A stretch of DNA of 64,000 bases, from NCBI GenBank assembly GCA_963718525.1, contig OY970355.1, forward strand, positions 1,024,001 through 1,088,000. Direction: 5' to 3'. The DNA is from Candidatus Dormiibacterota bacterium (GTDB lineage Bacteria; Chloroflexota; Dormibacteria; Aeolococcales; Aeolococcaceae). Of this stretch, positions 52,486-63,033 are shown in pieces. The notes beneath the pieces were generated by a model. The model was not told the DNA's origin. It did not search any database and worked only from the letters and a program-made list of their open reading frames with translations. Made by a program: the position numbers and the translations under genes. Position 1 is the stretch's first letter. Every line of letters begins with the position of its first letter.

Positions 52486-53571
52486 ATGCGCAAGTTGCTG
52501 TTCGCCGGCTTCGGTGTCGTCGCGGCTGTGGTCCTGCAGGCGGGTCAGGCATTTGCGTGCGGAGGACTGGTGGCGCCCGATGGCGACGTCCACCTTGCCA
52601 AGGCGACAACATTCGTCGCCTGGTCAGGTGGCGTCGAGCACTACGTCACCAGCTTTGCCTACACCGGCGCGGTGACCGACGTGGGATGGATCGTGCCGCT
52701 CCCCGCGATCCCGACGTCGGTCACCGAGGCGGGCGCCTGGACGCTGCAGCGATTGGAACGTGAATTCGCTCCACCAGTGGCGTTTCCGGACTCTCTTCAA
52801 GTTGCAGCGGCCGCGGGCGCGCCCGCGGTCGTGATCGAGCAGGTGCAGGTCGAGGCGCTCGACGTCACCGTCCTCAAGGGAAGCGGTCAGGCCGTCATCG
52901 ATTGGTGCACCCACAACGGGTTCCTGGTGTCGCCGGAGATCGAAGCGCACCTGCTCCGCTACGCGTCATCCAGCCCCGTCTTCATGGCCGCGAAATACAA
53001 CACGTCGCTCGCGCTCCAGCGTCACCAGCAGGCAGGCGACGGCGTGCCGCTCCTGATCACGATGCACACGCCGCACCTCTGGGTCCCGCTCGAGATTCTC
53101 GCCAACGCCGGAGCCCCCGTGAACGCGGACCTCTTCCTGCTCACCGACCAGCCCGTTCACATCGCGAACGGAGTGGCCGTGACATCGAGTCTCGCCGACG
53201 GCGCCACCCTGGACGGCGCGGCGGGGTTCACGGTGGCCGGTGTCGAGCCGATGAGCGCGAGCCTGCACCACGATCTCTCCATCGACCGGAACATGTCGTG
53301 GGTGCCATCGCGCGGGTACGTGACCTACCTCACCTTGAACGCGCCCGGAGCCACGGTCACCTACGACCTTGGAGTCGGATCCGACAGCGTCATCAGGCTC
53401 GCATCATTCGGATCGACGCTCGCGAATCTCGGCGGCACGGGTGCGATTCCGGTGACCTCCGATCAATCGGACGTGCTCTTCCCCGCGCTGCTCATCGCCG
53501 GGACCATCGTCATCGTGCTTCCACTGGCGGTCTGGCAGCTCCGGCCTCGCCGCGCGTCTGTCAGAGGTTGA
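52486..53571 (+). CDS. DUF2330-like secreted/membrane protein
   Basis: Signal peptide ending AFA-CGG, GWIVPLP, WCTHNGF and a C-terminal TM; GGAGG RBS. Confidence 0.7.
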   Translation: MRKLLFAGFGVVAAVVLQAGQAFACGGLVAPDGDVHLAKATTFVAWSGGVEHYVTSFAYTGAVTDVGWIVPLPAIPTSVTEAGAWTLQRLEREFAPPVAFPDSLQVAAAAGAPAVVIEQVQVEALDVTVLKGSGQAVIDWCTHNGFLVSPEIEAHLLRYASSSPVFMAAKYNTSLALQRHQQAGDGVPLLITMHTPHLWVPLEILANAGAPVNADLFLLTDQPVHIANGVAVTSSLADGATLDGAAGFTVAGVEPMSASLHHDLSIDRNMSWVPSRGYVTYLTLNAPGATVTYDLGVGSDSVIRLASFGSTLANLGGTGAIPVTSDQSDVLFPALLIAGTIVIVLPLAVWQLRPRRASVRG

Positions 53572-55483
53572 GGATCGCGACCGGCGTGATGTCCTCGTCG
53601 AGCGTCATGCCGGTCACCGTCGCGAAGAAGTACAGCTGAGCGTCGAGGGTCCGCGCGATGTTCGCGGCCTCCCGGAAGCCATGCTGCTCGCCGGGATATC
53701 CGATGTACGCACACGGGACTCCCGCGCTCTGCAGGGCCGTGAACATCATCTCCGCCTGGTTCGCCGGGACCACCGGGTCATCGAGACCCTGGAGCAGCAG
53801 CACCGCACCACGCACCTGATCGATGAAGTGCACCGGCGAGCGGTCGTACATGCCGCGACCTTTCGGTAGCGGTGCGTCGTAGCGGGCTTCGAACTTGTGG
53901 CCGGCTGTCGCGAAGAGCGCCTCCAGGTCAGCGATGCCGAAGAGGCTCGCGCCCGCCTGAAACACATCGTGGAATGTCATCGCGCAGAGCACCACGTACC
54001 CGCCGGCGCTGCCGCCGTGGATGAACAGCCGGTCGGGGTCGACAGCGCCGCGGTCGACAAGATCGAGCGCGCCGGCCAGGCAGTCGCCGACATCGACGAC
54101 ACCCCACTGCTCATTGAGCCGATCGCGGTAGGTCCGGCCGTACCCGGTGCTCCCGCCGTAGTCGACGTCGAGATACGCGAAGCCGCGGCTGGTCCAGAAC
54201 TGCACCGAAGGATCGAGCGCAAAGTTCGTTGCCGACGTCGGTCCGCCATGCGCGCGCAGCAGCAGCGGTGGCTTGCGACCGGGGGCGCTCTCGACGGCGT
54301 CGTTGCGCGGCGCGTAATACCAGGCGTGTGCCGTGGCTCCGCCGTACCCCGGGAAGGTCACGTGGCGCGGTCTCGACAGGATCGATGCATCGATGGCCAC
54401 ATCGGCGCTTTCCGACCCGACGATGCGGTGCTCGCCGGTGGCGAGGTTGTAGCGGACGACAGCAAGCGGTGCGTCCGGTGTTCCCGCATCGAAGAGGACG
54501 TCGTCGCCCTTTGCAGCGACGTGCAACCCAAAGGCCGTGTACGGAACGTCAATTCGTTGCAGCTCCCCCGACCCATCGAGCACGAACAACTCCCATCCGC
54601 CGTCCCGGCACGCCCAGAGCACGATGCGCCCGTCGCCGCAGAACGCGTAGGTCGAAAGTCCGAACACCCACTGCGCCGCCCCACACTCGGCCTGCATCGG
54701 CGCGAGTGCGTCGGTCGACGCCCCATCCCAGCGATACAGGTTCCACCACCCGGTTCTGTCTGACGTGAAGTGCACGACGGACTCCCGGGACCACGACGGC
54801 TGAAAGATCAACTCGGCCTGGCCGCCGGCAACCAGGCTTGGGTCGCGAGGCATCCCGTGACCGTCAAGGCTCGCAACCCAGAGCTCGCATCCGTCCCACG
54901 GCATGTTGGGCTGGTTCCAGGTGAGCCACAGCAGGCTTCTGCCATCAGGACTGACCCGGGGTGTCGAGTAGAAATCGTTGCCGGCGACGAGCGAGATGGG
55001 GTCGCCACCGCCAAGTGGGATCGCCCGCACATCGTTCACGACCAACTCGCCGCGGTGGTCCTCGACGACGCAGATGAGGCGGTCCCGCGTGGCGTCGATC
55101 TCCAAGTCGGCATAGCGAAGGCCCGGGTCGACCGGCGTCAACGGCTCCGGCGCGCCGCCCGGCGCGACGCGGTTGATGCGGCCGTCGGCGGCATTGGAGA
55201 AGTACACGGTACCGTCGTGCGCCAGCATCGCCCCGCCGCCGTACTCGTGCACCCAGGTACGAGCCGAGTTGGGCGGGGCGATGACGTCCGAGGTCACCCC
55301 GCCGTGCTCGCGCACGATCACGCAGCGGCCGTGCTCGAGAGGGCGACCCTCGATCCAGTAGGCATCACCGCCGCTGAGTTGCACATCCATCAGCCGCTTC
55401 CGCCCTGCCGCCGCGAGCTGCGCCGTGATCGGGGATGGCCAGACGGCCGACGTTGCGACGGCGTCCCTGGCGCGCAGGGTCAT
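53561..55483 (-). CDS. S9 prolyl oligopeptidase-family peptidase
   Basis: HGGP, GGSAGG, QGLDDPVV and EQHGF. Confidence 0.93.
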   Translation of the reverse strand: MTLRARDAVATSAVWPSPITAQLAAAGRKRLMDVQLSGGDAYWIEGRPLEHGRCVIVREHGGVTSDVIAPPNSARTWVHEYGGGAMLAHDGTVYFSNAADGRINRVAPGGAPEPLTPVDPGLRYADLEIDATRDRLICVVEDHRGELVVNDVRAIPLGGGDPISLVAGNDFYSTPRVSPDGRSLLWLTWNQPNMPWDGCELWVASLDGHGMPRDPSLVAGGQAELIFQPSWSRESVVHFTSDRTGWWNLYRWDGASTDALAPMQAECGAAQWVFGLSTYAFCGDGRIVLWACRDGGWELFVLDGSGELQRIDVPYTAFGLHVAAKGDDVLFDAGTPDAPLAVVRYNLATGEHRIVGSESADVAIDASILSRPRHVTFPGYGGATAHAWYYAPRNDAVESAPGRKPPLLLRAHGGPTSATNFALDPSVQFWTSRGFAYLDVDYGGSTGYGRTYRDRLNEQWGVVDVGDCLAGALDLVDRGAVDPDRLFIHGGSAGGYVVLCAMTFHDVFQAGASLFGIADLEALFATAGHKFEARYDAPLPKGRGMYDRSPVHFIDQVRGAVLLLQGLDDPVVPANQAEMMFTALQSAGVPCAYIGYPGEQHGFREAANIARTLDAQLYFFATVTGMTLDEDITPVAILNL

Positions 55484-56208
55484 GCAGTGGGAACGACGAC
55501 GAACTGCTCTGCGAGGCGACCAGGCTCCAGTCCGTTCGCCTTGGCGGTGGCCTCGAGCCAGCCGCGGACGCGCTCCTCGAGCGCATCCCAGTCGGTGTAC
55601 TGGCTGCGGTGGCAGCGGAGCGCCGCCAGCTTGCGATCCGCGGTGTCGGTCACGTCGACGACCTTGACCTCGGGGCTCCCACCGGCGACGGCGCTCAACC
55701 AGACCTCGGCCACGGAATACGGTTCAAGCCCTTCGACCTCGAGCAGCTCAGGGTGCGCAAACGGGTTGCGCGAATCGGGATACACCGCGCACAGGGCTGC
55801 CTCGCCTGCGGCGAGGTGGTCGGGATGGCTGGCGAAGATGCGCGTGAAGTTGCGCAGCGGCGACTGCGTGATCACTCGCTGCGGCTGCTTCACGCGGATC
55901 ACACGGGTGATGTCCCGGCGCAGCTCGATACTCGGGGTGAGCCGCCCGTCCGGGTATCCGAGAAACGTGAGGTCGGTCACACCGACGGCCGCAGCAGCCT
56001 CGGTCTGCTCGACCCTCCGGATGGCGGCCATCTCCTTCCGCGAGATGCTCCGGTCGGACCCGCCGGCGTCACCGTCGGTGATGATGCAGTAGGACACCGT
56101 CACGCCGGCATCGGTCCATTTCGCGGTCGTCCCCGCGTTGCCGAAGTCGCAGTCGTCGGGATGGGCCACGACGACGAGGGCGCGTTCGATTCCGTCGATC
56201 TCTGACAC
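55480..56208 (-). CDS. PIG-L family deacetylase
   Basis: AHPDD, TDGDAG and HPDH. Confidence 0.9.
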   Translation of the reverse strand: MSEIDGIERALVVVAHPDDCDFGNAGTTAKWTDAGVTVSYCIITDGDAGGSDRSISRKEMAAIRRVEQTEAAAAVGVTDLTFLGYPDGRLTPSIELRRDITRVIRVKQPQRVITQSPLRNFTRIFASHPDHLAAGEAALCAVYPDSRNPFAHPELLEVEGLEPYSVAEVWLSAVAGGSPEVKVVDVTDTADRKLAALRCHRSQYTDWDALEERVRGWLEATAKANGLEPGRLAEQFVVVPTA

Positions 56209-56268
56209 GCCAAGGATGGTAGCCAAAGCGGACGCCGGAGCCCCTTCGACCCGTGCGACACTCGCTGC

Positions 56269-56772
56269 ATGCCTCCCGATCGGCCCATCCATCCGGATCT
56301 GGGCCGCCTTGCCGACCTTCTCGGCGACTGGTATGGCGAGGGCGAGGGCCGGTGGGCTGCCGGCGAGCCCTTCGGATACCACGAGTGGGTGAGCTTCGGA
56401 CACAACGGCAAGCCCTTCCTCGCGTATGCGCAGCGGACCACCGCGGCGGATGACGGGCGCCCGCTCCATGCCGAGACCGGCTACTGGCGAGCGCTTGGCG
56501 ACGGTGCGGTCGAGGTGGCGATGAGCCACCCGATCGGGGTGATCGAGATCGAGATCGGCCGCTGGGAGGGCAACTCGCTCAAGTTGCGCACGGCGTCGCT
56601 GGCGTGCACGCCGACCGCCAAGACCGTGACGGGGTTGCAGCGTGACTACGAGCTCGATGGAGACATCCTGAGCTACCGGCTGCGCATGGCGACCGACGGT
56701 GGCGAGCCGCGACCCCATCTCGCGGCCGCGCTGCGCCGCGTCATTCCGGCCGGTGAGCCGGCCGGGCACTGA
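56269..56772 (+). CDS. Nitrobindin/FABP-like beta-barrel protein
   Basis: LLGDWYGEGEG, PLHAETGYWR and C-terminal PHL. Confidence 0.85.
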   Translation: MPPDRPIHPDLGRLADLLGDWYGEGEGRWAAGEPFGYHEWVSFGHNGKPFLAYAQRTTAADDGRPLHAETGYWRALGDGAVEVAMSHPIGVIEIEIGRWEGNSLKLRTASLACTPTAKTVTGLQRDYELDGDILSYRLRMATDGGEPRPHLAAALRRVIPAGEPAGH

Positions 56773-56775
56773 GCC

Positions 56776-57717
56776 ATGCGTGCAATTCCGATCCCGAGAT
56801 CGCTGCACCGCCTCCTCTCCGGCCCGACCCCACCCTCGCCGCGTCCGATGCCGATTCGCGATCCCACACCGGACCCGGGGCTCTTCGGCCCGGGTTCCAT
56901 CACCTGGGTCGTGATGCGCGAACCACGCCTGCTGCTGGCTGCCGGGCGTGCCCTGCTCCTCCAGGCGGCGAATCCGCTCGTCGCCCAGGGTGCGATCGAA
57001 CACAGCACCTATAAGTCCGACCCGTACGGCAGGCTGGAGCGGACCGTCCGATGGGTGACGGTCGTGTGCTTTGGAACCACCCGCGAGGCTGAGCGGGTCT
57101 CGGGTGGTGTGAACCGGCTGCACCGGCCGGTGACAGGAACCCTGCCCGCGGCCAATGGCACGCGCCGTGTCCCGGGTGGCACGCGCTACTCCGCCGGGGA
57201 TCCTGCCCTTCTCCGGTGGGTGCACGCCTCATTCGTCGACACCATGCTGGTTGCGCACGACGCGCTCGTGGGCGGCCTGAGCGGTGGCGAGCGCGACACC
57301 TTCGTCCGCGAGTGGGACGCGGTCGCCCGGCTCATGGGCCTGTCCCCGAGCCAATGCTGGCCCGACGCCGCAGCGCTCCGGCGGTATGTGGACAGGGAGG
57401 TGCGTCGGGGCCAGGCCCTGCCCGGGGCCGGCTCCCGCGAGGTCGCCGAGACGGTGCTCCATCCCCCGGTCGGCTCGCCACTCATGCGACCGGGCATGGA
57501 TACGCTCGCCTTCATCGCGACCGGCTTGCTCCCCGCGGAGCTGCGTCGCGGCTATGGATTGAGGTGGACCCCAGCGCACGGTGCCGCATTCGCCGGGCTC
57601 ACCGGGTCGTTGCGAGCTGCCACGCCGGCGATGCCCAGGCGCCTGCGTATCTCTCCGGTGTATGACCTGGCCCTGGCCCGCGCCGAGGGCCGCTGGCCGG
57701 CCTCGAGGGCAGCCTGA
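56776..57717 (+). CDS. MpaB/DUF2236 oxygenase-family protein
   Basis: GLFGPGS, ALLLQAANP, GRLERT and LLRWVHA. Confidence 0.85.
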   Translation: MRAIPIPRSLHRLLSGPTPPSPRPMPIRDPTPDPGLFGPGSITWVVMREPRLLLAAGRALLLQAANPLVAQGAIEHSTYKSDPYGRLERTVRWVTVVCFGTTREAERVSGGVNRLHRPVTGTLPAANGTRRVPGGTRYSAGDPALLRWVHASFVDTMLVAHDALVGGLSGGERDTFVREWDAVARLMGLSPSQCWPDAAALRRYVDREVRRGQALPGAGSREVAETVLHPPVGSPLMRPGMDTLAFIATGLLPAELRRGYGLRWTPAHGAAFAGLTGSLRAATPAMPRRLRISPVYDLALARAEGRWPASRAA

Positions 57718-57850
57718 CCGGTCTCCCCTCACTCAGCAGGGTGATTTTCACGCGAAAGATGGCCTACCCATTGGCGAATCGGTACCCTACGACCTGCGTC
57801 CTGGGGCAGAGGCACGCCCAGTGGACATTGGTCGTCACAAGGAGGCACAT

Positions 57851-59698
57851 ATGACCTTGCGAAGTTGGCGGGCGAAATCATTGCCCGCTGCAATCGGTCT
57901 CGGCGCGATCGTTCTCGCGGCCTGCGGGAGCCCCAGCACTGCGACGGGTCCCACGGTCACCAAGACCACGGCGACGTTCGCTGAAGGCCCCGGAGCTCAG
58001 CCGAACTACATCTTCCCGCTGGCGTCGCTGGCGTACTTCAGCGTCGCGAACCTCAGCCAGTTCCAGTTCCTGATGTACCGGCCGCTGTACTGGTTCGGCA
58101 CCAACGGCCAGGTTCAGCTCAACAGCAGCCTCAGCCTCGCCGACCCGCCCGTGTATTCCTCGGACGGCAAATCGGTGACCGTCACCCTGAAGGGCTGGAA
58201 GTGGTCGGACGGAACCCAGATCACCGCCCGCGACGTCCAGTTCTGGCAGAACATGGTCACCGCCAACGCGGCCAACTGGGCAGGCTCCTCGCCGGGCGAG
58301 TATCCCCAGAACGTCACCAGCACGACGATCAGCCCCACCAACCCGCTCCAGATCACCTTCAACCTCACCCAGGCCTACGGCTCGTACTGGTTCACCTACA
58401 ACGAGCTGAGCCAGATCACGCCCCTTCCCCAGCACGTATGGGACAAGGAGTTGGCAACTGGCGCGGTCGGAAACTACGACCAGACCACGGCGGGCGCTGT
58501 TGCGGTCTACAAGTTCCTCGACTCGCAGTCCAAGTCCATCTCGACCTACGACACCAACCCTCTCTGGCAGGTCGTGTCGGGTCCGTGGAAGCTCAAGTCG
58601 ATGGACACCGCGGGCAATATCTCGATGGTGCCGAACCCCGGCTATGGCGGACCGGTCAAGCCGACTCTGACCCAGTTCAACGAGGTGCCCTTCACCAAGG
58701 ACACCGCGGAGTTCGATCAGCTCAAGGCGGCGACCTCGGTCAGCAACACCACGATTGACTGGGGCTACATCCCCGACGCAGACGTGCTGCAGAGAGCCAC
58801 GTTGAGCAACATCTACGACTTCTCAACCTGGGCGGGCTGGCAGATCACCTACTTCCCAGAGAACTTCACCAACCCGACCAGCGGGCCGATCTTCAGCCAG
58901 CTCTACTTCAGACAGGCGATGCAGTACCTGGTCGACCAGAACACCTTCATCAGCAAGGCGTTCTTCGGGTATGGCTACCCGACCTACGGCCCGGTGCCGA
59001 CCAAGCCGTCCTCGAACTTCGTCGATTCGTTCGAGCGGAACAATCCATACCCGTATAGCCCGAGCAAGGCCGTGTCGCTGCTCCAGGCCAACGGCTGGAC
59101 GGTCAACGCCGGCGGAGTGAGCACCTGCACGAGCCCGGGCACCGGCACCGGGCAGTGCGGCGCAGGCGTCCCCATGGGAGCCAAGGCCTCGTTCAGCCTC
59201 CAGTACGTGAGTGGAACGCCCGCTCTGGACCAGGAGATGGCGCAGTTCAAGACGGACTACGCCCTGGCAGGCATCGCGATCAACCTCTCCACCGCACCAT
59301 TCAACACGGTCATCGGCAATGCAACCCCCTGCAAGGCCGGCCAGGCATGCACCTGGGACATGGAGTTCTGGGGCGGTGGTTGGATCTACGCTCCTGACTA
59401 CGAGCCCACCGGCGACGAGCTGTGGTCGTGCACCGGGACCGGCGCCAACGTGCAGTACGCGGGCTCGGACTCCGGCGGCTACTGCGACCCGCAGGCGCAG
59501 AGCCTGATCGTCAACACCGAGACGAGCAGCGCCATCTCGGCCATGTACGCCTACGAGGACTACCTCACCAAGCAGCTGCCAGTCATCTGGATGCCCGTCA
59601 ACTACGCGCAGCTGAATATGATCAACAAGAATCTGAAGGGCACCCAGCCGCTGGATCCGCTCCTCCAGATCTACCCGGAGAACTGGCGCTGGTCCTGA
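57851..59698 (+). CDS. Peptide ABC transporter substrate-binding lipoprotein
   Basis: Lipobox LAAC, WSDGTQITARDV and GPWKL; GGAGG RBS. Confidence 0.92.
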   Translation: MTLRSWRAKSLPAAIGLGAIVLAACGSPSTATGPTVTKTTATFAEGPGAQPNYIFPLASLAYFSVANLSQFQFLMYRPLYWFGTNGQVQLNSSLSLADPPVYSSDGKSVTVTLKGWKWSDGTQITARDVQFWQNMVTANAANWAGSSPGEYPQNVTSTTISPTNPLQITFNLTQAYGSYWFTYNELSQITPLPQHVWDKELATGAVGNYDQTTAGAVAVYKFLDSQSKSISTYDTNPLWQVVSGPWKLKSMDTAGNISMVPNPGYGGPVKPTLTQFNEVPFTKDTAEFDQLKAATSVSNTTIDWGYIPDADVLQRATLSNIYDFSTWAGWQITYFPENFTNPTSGPIFSQLYFRQAMQYLVDQNTFISKAFFGYGYPTYGPVPTKPSSNFVDSFERNNPYPYSPSKAVSLLQANGWTVNAGGVSTCTSPGTGTGQCGAGVPMGAKASFSLQYVSGTPALDQEMAQFKTDYALAGIAINLSTAPFNTVIGNATPCKAGQACTWDMEFWGGGWIYAPDYEPTGDELWSCTGTGANVQYAGSDSGGYCDPQAQSLIVNTETSSAISAMYAYEDYLTKQLPVIWMPVNYAQLNMINKNLKGTQPLDPLLQIYPENWRWS

Positions 59699-59732
59699 GC
59701 CAGGGCGCCAGGTAACCTTCACCGCATCAATC

Positions 59733-59762
59733 AGGGGATGCCGGCAAGTGCCGGCATCCCCT
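59733..59762. terminator. Perfect hairpin after the binding-protein gene (mRNA stabiliser or attenuator)
   Basis: AGGGGATGCCGGCA-AG-TGCCGGCATCCCCT. Confidence 0.65.
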
Positions 59763-59819
59763 CGTCCGTTCCGCTAATCTTTTGCCAAATGGGCGTCAGG
59801 GCGAGGTAGGAAGGAGCAA

Positions 59820-60776
59820 ATGCTCGGCTACATCATCCGGCGGGTGCTTCAGGCAATCCTGATCACGATCGGCGTGACGCTGATCGTCTTCATCCTCCTG
59901 CACGTGATCCCCGGTGGCGGCGTGGCCCGGAATATCCTGGGGCCGCGAGCCAGCCAGGCCCAGATCGATGCGTTCAACCACGACAACGGCCTCGACCAGC
60001 CCCTTCCCCTTCAGTACCTGACCTACCTCTGGCAGCTGGCCCACGGGAACTTCGGCTTCTCGTACAAGCTCAATCAGACGGTCGCCTCGATCCTCCTCCA
60101 GTACCTCCCCAAGACGCTGCTCCTCCTGGGCCTGTCCTACGTCGTCGCGATCGTGATCGCGATCCCGCTCGGGATCTACCAGGCCGTCCGGCGCAACAAG
60201 GTCGACGACTACATCTTCACCGGCGCCTCGTTCGTCCTCTACTCGATGCCGGTGTTCTGGCTCGGCATCATCCTCATCGTCCTCTTCAGCTTCGTGCTCC
60301 ACTGGTTTCCAGCGGAAGGGCCTCAGGGCGCCTTCGTCACCGATGACCTCAACCAGCTGAGCTCACTGATCCTGCCGGTGGCGACGCTCTCGCTGGTGAC
60401 CATCGCCTCATTCAGCCGATACATGCGCTCATCGACGCTGGAGAACATGGTCCAGGACTACACGCGAACAGCACGAGCCAAGGGAGCGTCGAATTCGCGA
60501 GTGCTGTTTGTTCACGTGCTGCGCAACGCCATGATCCCGATCCTCACGCTGATCGGGCTTTCAGTCGGCTACGTCTTCAGCGGTGCGCTGATCACCGAAG
60601 CGCTCTTCAACTACCCGGGAATCGGCTACATCTTCTGGAACGCGACGTTGACAACTGACTATCCGATCATCCTCGGCGTGATCGTCGTGACCGGCTTCGC
60701 GACCGTCCTCGGTTCGCTCATGGCCGACGTCATGTACGCGATCGCCGATCCGCGCGTGAGGTACCGCCGAACATGA
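59820..60776 (+). CDS. Peptide ABC transporter permease (OppB/DppB-like)
   Basis: GLDQPL, TARAKG, HVLRNA and DPRV. Confidence 0.95.
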   Translation: MLGYIIRRVLQAILITIGVTLIVFILLHVIPGGGVARNILGPRASQAQIDAFNHDNGLDQPLPLQYLTYLWQLAHGNFGFSYKLNQTVASILLQYLPKTLLLLGLSYVVAIVIAIPLGIYQAVRRNKVDDYIFTGASFVLYSMPVFWLGIILIVLFSFVLHWFPAEGPQGAFVTDDLNQLSSLILPVATLSLVTIASFSRYMRSSTLENMVQDYTRTARAKGASNSRVLFVHVLRNAMIPILTLIGLSVGYVFSGALITEALFNYPGIGYIFWNATLTTDYPIILGVIVVTGFATVLGSLMADVMYAIADPRVRYRRT

Positions 60777-61723
60777 GCACGTTGGATCAACCGCAAAGCA
60801 TCTCTTTCCCGGTTCCTGGAGGGGCAACCCAGGAGAAACCGGCCGAGGTCCAGGACATCGTCCCAGCCTTCGAGGCTCAGGGCGTCTGGCGGTTGGCATT
60901 CAACGTCTTCATCCAGAATCGCCTCGCCGTGGTCGGCGTCGGGATCGTCGTGTTCATGGTCCTGTTCTGCTTTGTGGGGCCGCTCTTCTACCACACCAAT
61001 CAAAACGACACCAACCTGGCGAACGAGTTCCTGGCGCCGTCGTCGGCGCACTTGCTCGGTACCGATCAGGACGGCTTCGACATCATCGGGCGCCTGATGA
61101 TCGGCGGTCAGACGTCACTCGAGATCGGCATCGCCGCCGCCCTCATCGCCACGGTGTTCGGTGTCCTCTGGGGCGCCGTGGCAGGCTTCTTCGGCGGCTG
61201 GGTGGACAACCTGCTGATGCGCTTCGTCGACATCATGCTCGCGATCCCCGCGCTGTTTCTCCTCCTGTTCCTCGCCGTCGCCTTCCCGCGCAATGTGCTG
61301 ACGCTGATCCTCGTGGTCTCGGTCACCGCGTGGCTCATCCCGGCTCGTCTCGTGCGTGCCGAGGCACTCACGCTGCGGACCCGCGAGTACGTCCAGGCGG
61401 TCACCATGATGGGCGGGGGCGGCTTGCGGATCGTGCTCCGCCACATCATTCCGAACTCCGTCGGGACCATCATGGTCAACGCGACATTCCAGGTCGCCGA
61501 TGCGATCCTCCTCGTCGCCGCGGTCAACTATCTCGGTCTCGGGATTGCCCCGCCCGCGACCAACTGGGGCGCGATGCTCTCCGACGGCACCACGTATATC
61601 GCCAACGGGTGGTGGTGGTTGATCTATCCCGCGGGGCTCGCCATCGTGCTGACGGTGGTCGCGTTCAACTTCATCGGCGATGCGCTGCGCGATGCGCTCG
61701 AGGTTCGGCTCCAGAAGCGCTGA
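60773..61723 (+). CDS. Peptide ABC transporter permease (OppC/DppC-like)
   Basis: HLLGTD, RHIIPN, WGAML and GDALRDAL. Confidence 0.95.
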   Translation: MSTLDQPQSISFPVPGGATQEKPAEVQDIVPAFEAQGVWRLAFNVFIQNRLAVVGVGIVVFMVLFCFVGPLFYHTNQNDTNLANEFLAPSSAHLLGTDQDGFDIIGRLMIGGQTSLEIGIAAALIATVFGVLWGAVAGFFGGWVDNLLMRFVDIMLAIPALFLLLFLAVAFPRNVLTLILVVSVTAWLIPARLVRAEALTLRTREYVQAVTMMGGGGLRIVLRHIIPNSVGTIMVNATFQVADAILLVAAVNYLGLGIAPPATNWGAMLSDGTTYIANGWWWLIYPAGLAIVLTVVAFNFIGDALRDALEVRLQKR

Positions 61724-61771
61724 CGCGCATCGAGCCCGGAAGCCGGCTCGGGTTGCTGAGTTCCGCACTCT

Positions 61772-61908
61772 CGTCCGGGGCCTGTCGGAGCGGGGTCCCC
61801 TCGCCGCTCAGCTGCCCGGTCTGACTCCCCATCGCATGGGGTTCTGGGGACGTCTTGCGCGGCGCCGGTCAGCAGAGCGGCGCTGCCCCCCGCTCCGCCA
61901 CCCGGACG
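61772..61908. repeat. Long imperfect inverted repeat between convergent genes (REP-like)
   Basis: CGTCCGGG...CGGAGCGGGG...CGCCGCTC pairs with GAGCGGCG...CCCCGCTCCG...CCCGGACG. Confidence 0.55.
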
Positions 61909-61983
61909 GCTCCGCGGGTTTGGCCCGCGCCGGACTACACGCTCGGCAGCTTCGTCGCGTCCCTCGCTTGAGCAAGAAGGGGG

Positions 61984-63033
61984 CTAGGCCGCCAACTCCA
62001 TGGGCGCGCGTAAGGGGAAATGGCAGGCCGCCATGTGGTGCTCGCCAAAGGCTCTGAGGGGGGGCTCCTCCTCGGCGCAGAGTTGTTGGGCGCGTGGGCA
62101 GCGGGTGCGGAATCGGCAGCCTGACGGTGGGTTGATGGCTGAGGGAATCTCGCCCTTGGGCGCGTCCATGTCCTTGGTGCGCTCGATGTCCGGGTCGGGA
62201 ATCGGGATCGCGCTGACCAGTCCCTTGGTGTACGGGTGGGCGGGCTCCGAGTAGAGCTCGGCGCCGGACCCGATCTCGACCATCTTGCCGAGGTACATGA
62301 CGCCGATCCGGTCGGACATGTATTTCACGACGGAGAGGTCGTGGGAGATGATCACGTAGGTGAGCCCGTACTTCTCCTGCAGGGCGTTCATCATGTTGAG
62401 AATCTGCGAACGGATGGAGACGTCCAGGGCCGACACCGGCTCGTCGGCGACGATCAGATTCGGGTTCAGGGCAAGCGCTCTCGCGAGTCCGATGCGCTGA
62501 CGCTGGCCGCCGCTGAACTCGTGGGGATACCGGTCGAGCGCACCGCGCGCAAGGCCGACATCATTGAGCAGCTCAGCGCAACGCTCGACCTGCTGCGCCT
62601 TGTTCCCGATGCCCTGGATTGCCAGGGGTTCACGAAGGATGGTGACGACGCGCATGCGCGGGTCCAATGACGCATACGGGTCCTGGAACATCATCTGCAT
62701 GTCACGGCGCTTGGTGCGCAGCTTGCCGCGTCCCATCTTGGCGATGTCCTCGCCGTTGATGACTATGGAACCGGAGGTGGGCGGCTCGAGCGCGACGATC
62801 ATGCGGCCGGTTGTGGTCTTGCCACATCCCGACTCGCCGACGAGACCGAACGTCTCGCCAGGGAGCACCTCGAACGACACATCAGAGACCGCATGCACCG
62901 CGCCGACCTGCCGCTGCAGAACCGCGCCCTTGGTGACCGGAAACTCCTTGACGAGATTCCTGACCACGAGAAACGGCTTGCGGCCGTTGGAGGAAACGGG
63001 CGTCGCGGTCGGAGTCGCGGGCGTGACGGTCAT
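61984..63033 (-). CDS. Peptide ABC transporter ATP-binding protein (OppF-like)
   Basis: GESGCGKT, FSGGQRQR, DEPVSALD, HPYT and GCRF...ACH. Confidence 0.95.
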   Translation of the reverse strand: MTVTPATPTATPVSSNGRKPFLVVRNLVKEFPVTKGAVLQRQVGAVHAVSDVSFEVLPGETFGLVGESGCGKTTTGRMIVALEPPTSGSIVINGEDIAKMGRGKLRTKRRDMQMMFQDPYASLDPRMRVVTILREPLAIQGIGNKAQQVERCAELLNDVGLARGALDRYPHEFSGGQRQRIGLARALALNPNLIVADEPVSALDVSIRSQILNMMNALQEKYGLTYVIISHDLSVVKYMSDRIGVMYLGKMVEIGSGAELYSEPAHPYTKGLVSAIPIPDPDIERTKDMDAPKGEIPSAINPPSGCRFRTRCPRAQQLCAEEEPPLRAFGEHHMAACHFPLRAPMELAA